From positions 1-62,177 of the IMG/VR virus record IMGVR_UViG_3300022208_000003: a DNA stretch of 62,177 bases, one strand, 5' to 3'. Source of the stretch: a virus. Taxonomy: Duplodnaviria > Caudoviricetes. Each line of letters begins with the position of its first letter. Position 1 is the stretch's first letter. Below the pieces are notes generated by a model. That model ran no database searches and was not told the origin of the DNA. It worked only from the letters and a program-made list of their open reading frames with translations. Below are positions 59,849-62,177 of this stretch, piece after piece. A program made the position numbers and the translations under genes.

Positions 59849-61445
59849 AGATTTCCTTCTTCATCTCCTCTTTGCTTTTAAAACGCCGTTTTTGAGACGA
59901 TTGACTTTCCATGGGGTAATCCTCCCACCTTCTATCAGTCAACCAACCTTGACACCATTTTGGCGTTCCTCCACGCTGTATGATGCCGTCCCTCTCCCAC
60001 GCTTCTTTTTTGGCGGCGTAAATTATCCACTTTGCCTTTTCAGGGGAATAATCTTTTATGTCCAGCCAAGAGTCGGCGGCTGCGGCTTTTCCTTTCTTGT
60101 AGTCGAATGCGATCCAGAATTCTTCGAAGTCGGCAAGACGTTGTCCTTTTAGCCAGCGGTTCTTTTTGGTTCGGTATTTTGGCTCTTCTGGTTTTCCTCC
60201 AGCATCTCCTGATATTTTTCCTCCGCATTCCCGAATAAATTCTCTGTCGGGATTTGTATCTCCTCCGCCAAGGCAGATATCAGGCACGCAACCTTTACTT
60301 TCTCCGTTTCCTGGTTTTTTATCCTCCTCTCCGCATCCTGTAAGGCTTGGTCCATACGTTTCATCACTACCGTATGAATTTTTACAGTTTTGATCTCCAT
60401 TTCCAGTTCTGCAATCCTTTCTTCTTGCTCCTTCATTTCCTTCCATGCCGCATCCAGCCCCCTGCGGAGTTCCTTGTTCTCCGATTCCAGCTCTTCTCCC
60501 ATCTCTTCCAGACAGTTTATTCTCTTCAGCGCTTCCCTTGCCTCTCCTTTCATCTCCTCTTGTTCCAACTCCAGGGAGGAGAGTTTTGCTTCCAGGTTGT
60601 TGATTGCCATCACAAATGCATTTCCGCTTCCCATTGCCTATTCCTCCGTCCTTATCGTTGACTTCGTTGTTGTTGCTGTCATTTTCATAATCTAAGGTGA
60701 TTGTTATTTCGTTTGGTACTTTTCCAAAACCTCTATCGCCTTGTCCTGATATTCCGACGCTTGATGTTGGATCTTTTCTGTCCTTTCTATCAGCTTCCCA
60801 AGTTCTATATCGTGCTTGATCGTTATGGCTATCGCAATCAGTAGAACTATGGTCAGGCATATGTTTGCTATTTCCATTTTCATCCTCGATAGTGAGATTG
60901 GCTGATTCGGGTACCGAATCGGCTATATTATCTTTTAAAGAAGGAGAAGGAGAAGGAACAGGGGATGGAGTAGGAGTAGGAGATGGGGCATTGCCCTCCG
61001 CATCGATCCGCATGCCATCAGCATCATTCTGCAATGCATCCCGCATGCCCTCCGCATTATCATCAAGATTTTCCTCTATTTTTTTCTCTTTCTTTCTCCA
61101 TCTTACTAAAGCTGCCTTTCTTGCTAGTTCTGATCTTTCGTCAGCATGGAATGCATAACTTTGATGCTCTTTCCAGTCATGTATATAATAAACACCTTCT
61201 TTGAAATCCATGAATCCTATATCGACAAGGGCATCACAAAATTGTTTTGGATCTCCACCCCAATTCGCATCCATTGCGATATCTTCATGATCCATATCTT
61301 TAAGTATGCCCTTAGGTTTATTTACGGCCACACTTAACCATAAATCTATCAGAGATAAGACAGCAGTCTTTCCCAATCTTGATTCGAGTTTTTTACGTTT
61401 ACGATGGGTTAAAAACGACGTTTGCAGTCTTATATCTGTGTTCAT
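59712..61445 (-). CDS. Phage replication initiator / replisome organiser
   Basis: N-terminal wHTH-like region (LIDLW...YYIHDWKEHQ), PSP linker, C-terminal FEEFW..F..KKGK..A...W...QGWL..RRWED; ATGA-coupled to the HTH gene. Confidence 0.82.
   Translation of the reverse strand: MNTDIRLQTSFLTHRKRKKLESRLGKTAVLSLIDLWLSVAVNKPKGILKDMDHEDIAMDANWGGDPKQFCDALVDIGFMDFKEGVYYIHDWKEHQSYAFHADERSELARKAALVRWRKKEKKIEENLDDNAEGMRDALQNDADGMRIDAEGNAPSPTPTPSPVPSPSPSLKDNIADSVPESANLTIEDENGNSKHMPDHSSTDCDSHNDQARYRTWEADRKDRKDPTSSVGISGQGDRGFGKVPNEITITLDYENDSNNNEVNDKDGGIGNGKRKCICDGNQQPGSKTLLPGVGTRGDERRGKGSAEENKLSGRDGRRAGIGEQGTPQGAGCGMEGNEGARRKDCRTGNGDQNCKNSYGSDETYGPSLTGCGEEDKKPGNGESKGCVPDICLGGGDTNPDREFIRECGGKISGDAGGKPEEPKYRTKKNRWLKGQRLADFEEFWIAFDYKKGKAAAADSWLDIKDYSPEKAKWIIYAAKKEAWERDGIIQRGGTPKWCQGWLTDRRWEDYPMESQSSQKRRFKSKEEMKKEIYEKYGNPLLRETSSGEHKENASAGNNAGGYVPAGNALQILFGKTI
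60149..60634 (-). CDS. Nested out-of-frame coiled-coil protein
   Basis: 161 aa with its own GGAGG RBS, heptad E/K-rich composition, and a paralog at 59056. Confidence 0.65.
   Translation of the reverse strand: MGSGNAFVMAINNLEAKLSSLELEQEEMKGEAREALKRINCLEEMGEELESENKELRRGLDAAWKEMKEQEERIAELEMEIKTVKIHTVVMKRMDQALQDAERRIKNQETEKVKVACLISALAEEIQIPTENLFGNAEEKYQEMLEENQKSQNTEPKRTAG
60704..60883 (-). CDS. Nested out-of-frame TM-anchored protein (59 aa)
   Basis: MKMEIANICLTIVLLIAIAITIKHDIELGKLIERTEKIQ...*; GAGG RBS; same frame as 60149-60634. Confidence 0.5.
   Translation of the reverse strand: MKMEIANICLTIVLLIAIAITIKHDIELGKLIERTEKIQHQASEYQDKAIEVLEKYQTK
60988..61058. other. Putative iteron-containing replication origin inside rep
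   Basis: Repeated tgccctccgcat and ccgcatgcc units next to a purine-skewed tract, as in lambdoid O-type genes. Confidence 0.5.
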
Positions 61446-61630
61446 GCAGCTTTTTCCGAGATAAGAGGTTTCATCTTTTCTTTTATACCTATTGCTGTCA
61501 AATCCGGTATGCGTTGTCTTCCAGCTTCCCACCCGCAATACCCACTTATAGATACCCCAAGATGGTTGGCCATTTCCTGCTGAGTGAGCTCTGCCCTTCC
61601 CCTTAATTCTTTTAGATCTTCTCCGGTCAA
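61442..61630 (-). CDS. XRE-family HTH protein (Cro-like)
   Basis: LKELR..AELTQQEMANHLGVS......WEAG...IP; AGGAGG RBS, TTG start. Confidence 0.88.
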   Translation of the reverse strand: MTGEDLKELRGRAELTQQEMANHLGVSISGYCGWEAGRQRIPDLTAIGIKEKMKPLISEKAA

Positions 61631-61674
61631 TTAAATCACCTCCTTTTTTAGAATTAATTAATAATAGCATATTT

Positions 61675-61743
61675 TAGTAGTCAGTCAACAAAAAAATAGC
61701 CCGGCATTTCCGGCGCCGGGGCTCCGTTGTGGTAAGAATCAGC
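61675..61743 (-). repeat. Variant cassette repeat: hairpin terminator whose TTGACT acts as the -35 of the HTH/rep promoter
   Basis: cccggcgccggaaatgccgggc-tattttttt-gttgact, then TTGACT-16-TATTAT with an extended TG. Confidence 0.75.
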
Positions 61744-62058
61744 CTAAACCCAACCCTTTTCGAGAGTCAATAGCCGTCTTGAGCTCATTTGTTTTTGTAA
61801 TATGCGGTACCATGCAGGCCATTTTGACACTGCCCCAGGCATCCCAGGGAGTAACTTGCAATAAAACGCCATGCACCTGTAACCAATCTCAGGATTGTGA
61901 GCTGGAGCAAAAAAACCAAATTGCAGTCCATGCCAACCTTTAGGCATGAATCCTTGGCCTATAAAAACTGCTGTGTATCTGATCTGCATGCGCAGTAAAG
62001 TATTGGCGCACTGTCCACTTATTACGTTTTTGTCAATAATGATAAAACGATTCATCAT
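61744..62058 (-). CDS. Hypothetical protein (cassette gene)
   Basis: Starts ATGATG inside the repeat; ends before the variant repeat. Confidence 0.6.
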   Translation of the reverse strand: MMNRFIIIDKNVISGQCANTLLRMQIRYTAVFIGQGFMPKGWHGLQFGFFAPAHNPEIGYRCMAFYCKLLPGMPGAVSKWPAWYRILQKQMSSRRLLTLEKGWV

Positions 62059-62177
62059 CCCCTCCGTTGTAGTAGTCAACAAAAAATAGCCCGGCATTTC
62101 CGGCGCCGGGGAGCTATGTCGTTGTAAAAATCAGCATTTAACCGAAAAGCTCAGTAATTGTATTGCCAATATAGTGT
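62051..62177. repeat. 127-bp terminal overlap with 58-184 (circular assembly junction)
   Basis: Direct sequence identity; 127 is a common assembler k-mer size. Confidence 0.93.

Larger units (their letters stand above)
1..62177. mobile_element. Tailed dsDNA bacteriophage genome (Caudoviricetes, siphovirus-like), apparently complete and circular
   Basis: Full head, neck and tail gene set with terminase, portal, capsid and tape measure; no sheath gene; 62051-62177 is identical to 58-184. Confidence 0.96.

Noticed and set aside
61446-61670. N-terminal extension of the 652-aa rep ORF
   Set aside because: It overlaps the clear XRE-HTH gene and its promoter; the ATGA-coupled start at 61445 is more plausible
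1-62177. Genome-wide UGA reassignment
   Set aside because: Many well-defined genes end in TGA with ATGA overlaps, no suppressor tRNA is seen, and an in-frame TAA at 51517 shows ordinary nonsense lesions may also occur

Overview
A nearly complete, circularly assembling genome (about 62.0 kb; the last 127 nt equal positions 58-184) of a long-tailed dsDNA phage (siphovirus-like). Most genes are on the minus strand. Recognisable modules: (1) replication initiator with an upstream XRE-HTH; (2) ERF/YqaJ/NinB-type recombination genes; (3) many small accessory genes, including an Rrf2 regulator, a mini type IV pilin, an SLT lytic transglycosylase, a DUF5664-like protein, a Lar-like protein and tRNA-Thr(UGU); (4) terminases, DUF1073-type portal, gpF, DUF2213 protease/scaffold and HK97-fold capsid; (5) a non-contractile tail with a -1 frameshifted chaperone and a tape measure protein. 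I recognised no integrase, DNA polymerase, reverse transcriptase or CRISPR array. Most notable are: a ~7.6-kb sugar-synthesis and glycan-transfer cluster between capsid and neck genes, plus kdsB beside the portal (candidate virion glycosylation system); a repeat-punctuated gene-cassette array across the circular junction with signs of cassette duplication or circularisation; two plausible genes nested out of frame inside the replication initiator; a 43-aa pilin mimic; an in-frame UGA with a SECIS-like hairpin in a NinB-like gene; and structured ncRNA candidates around the tRNA. All family calls are from motif recognition by eye, not from database searches.
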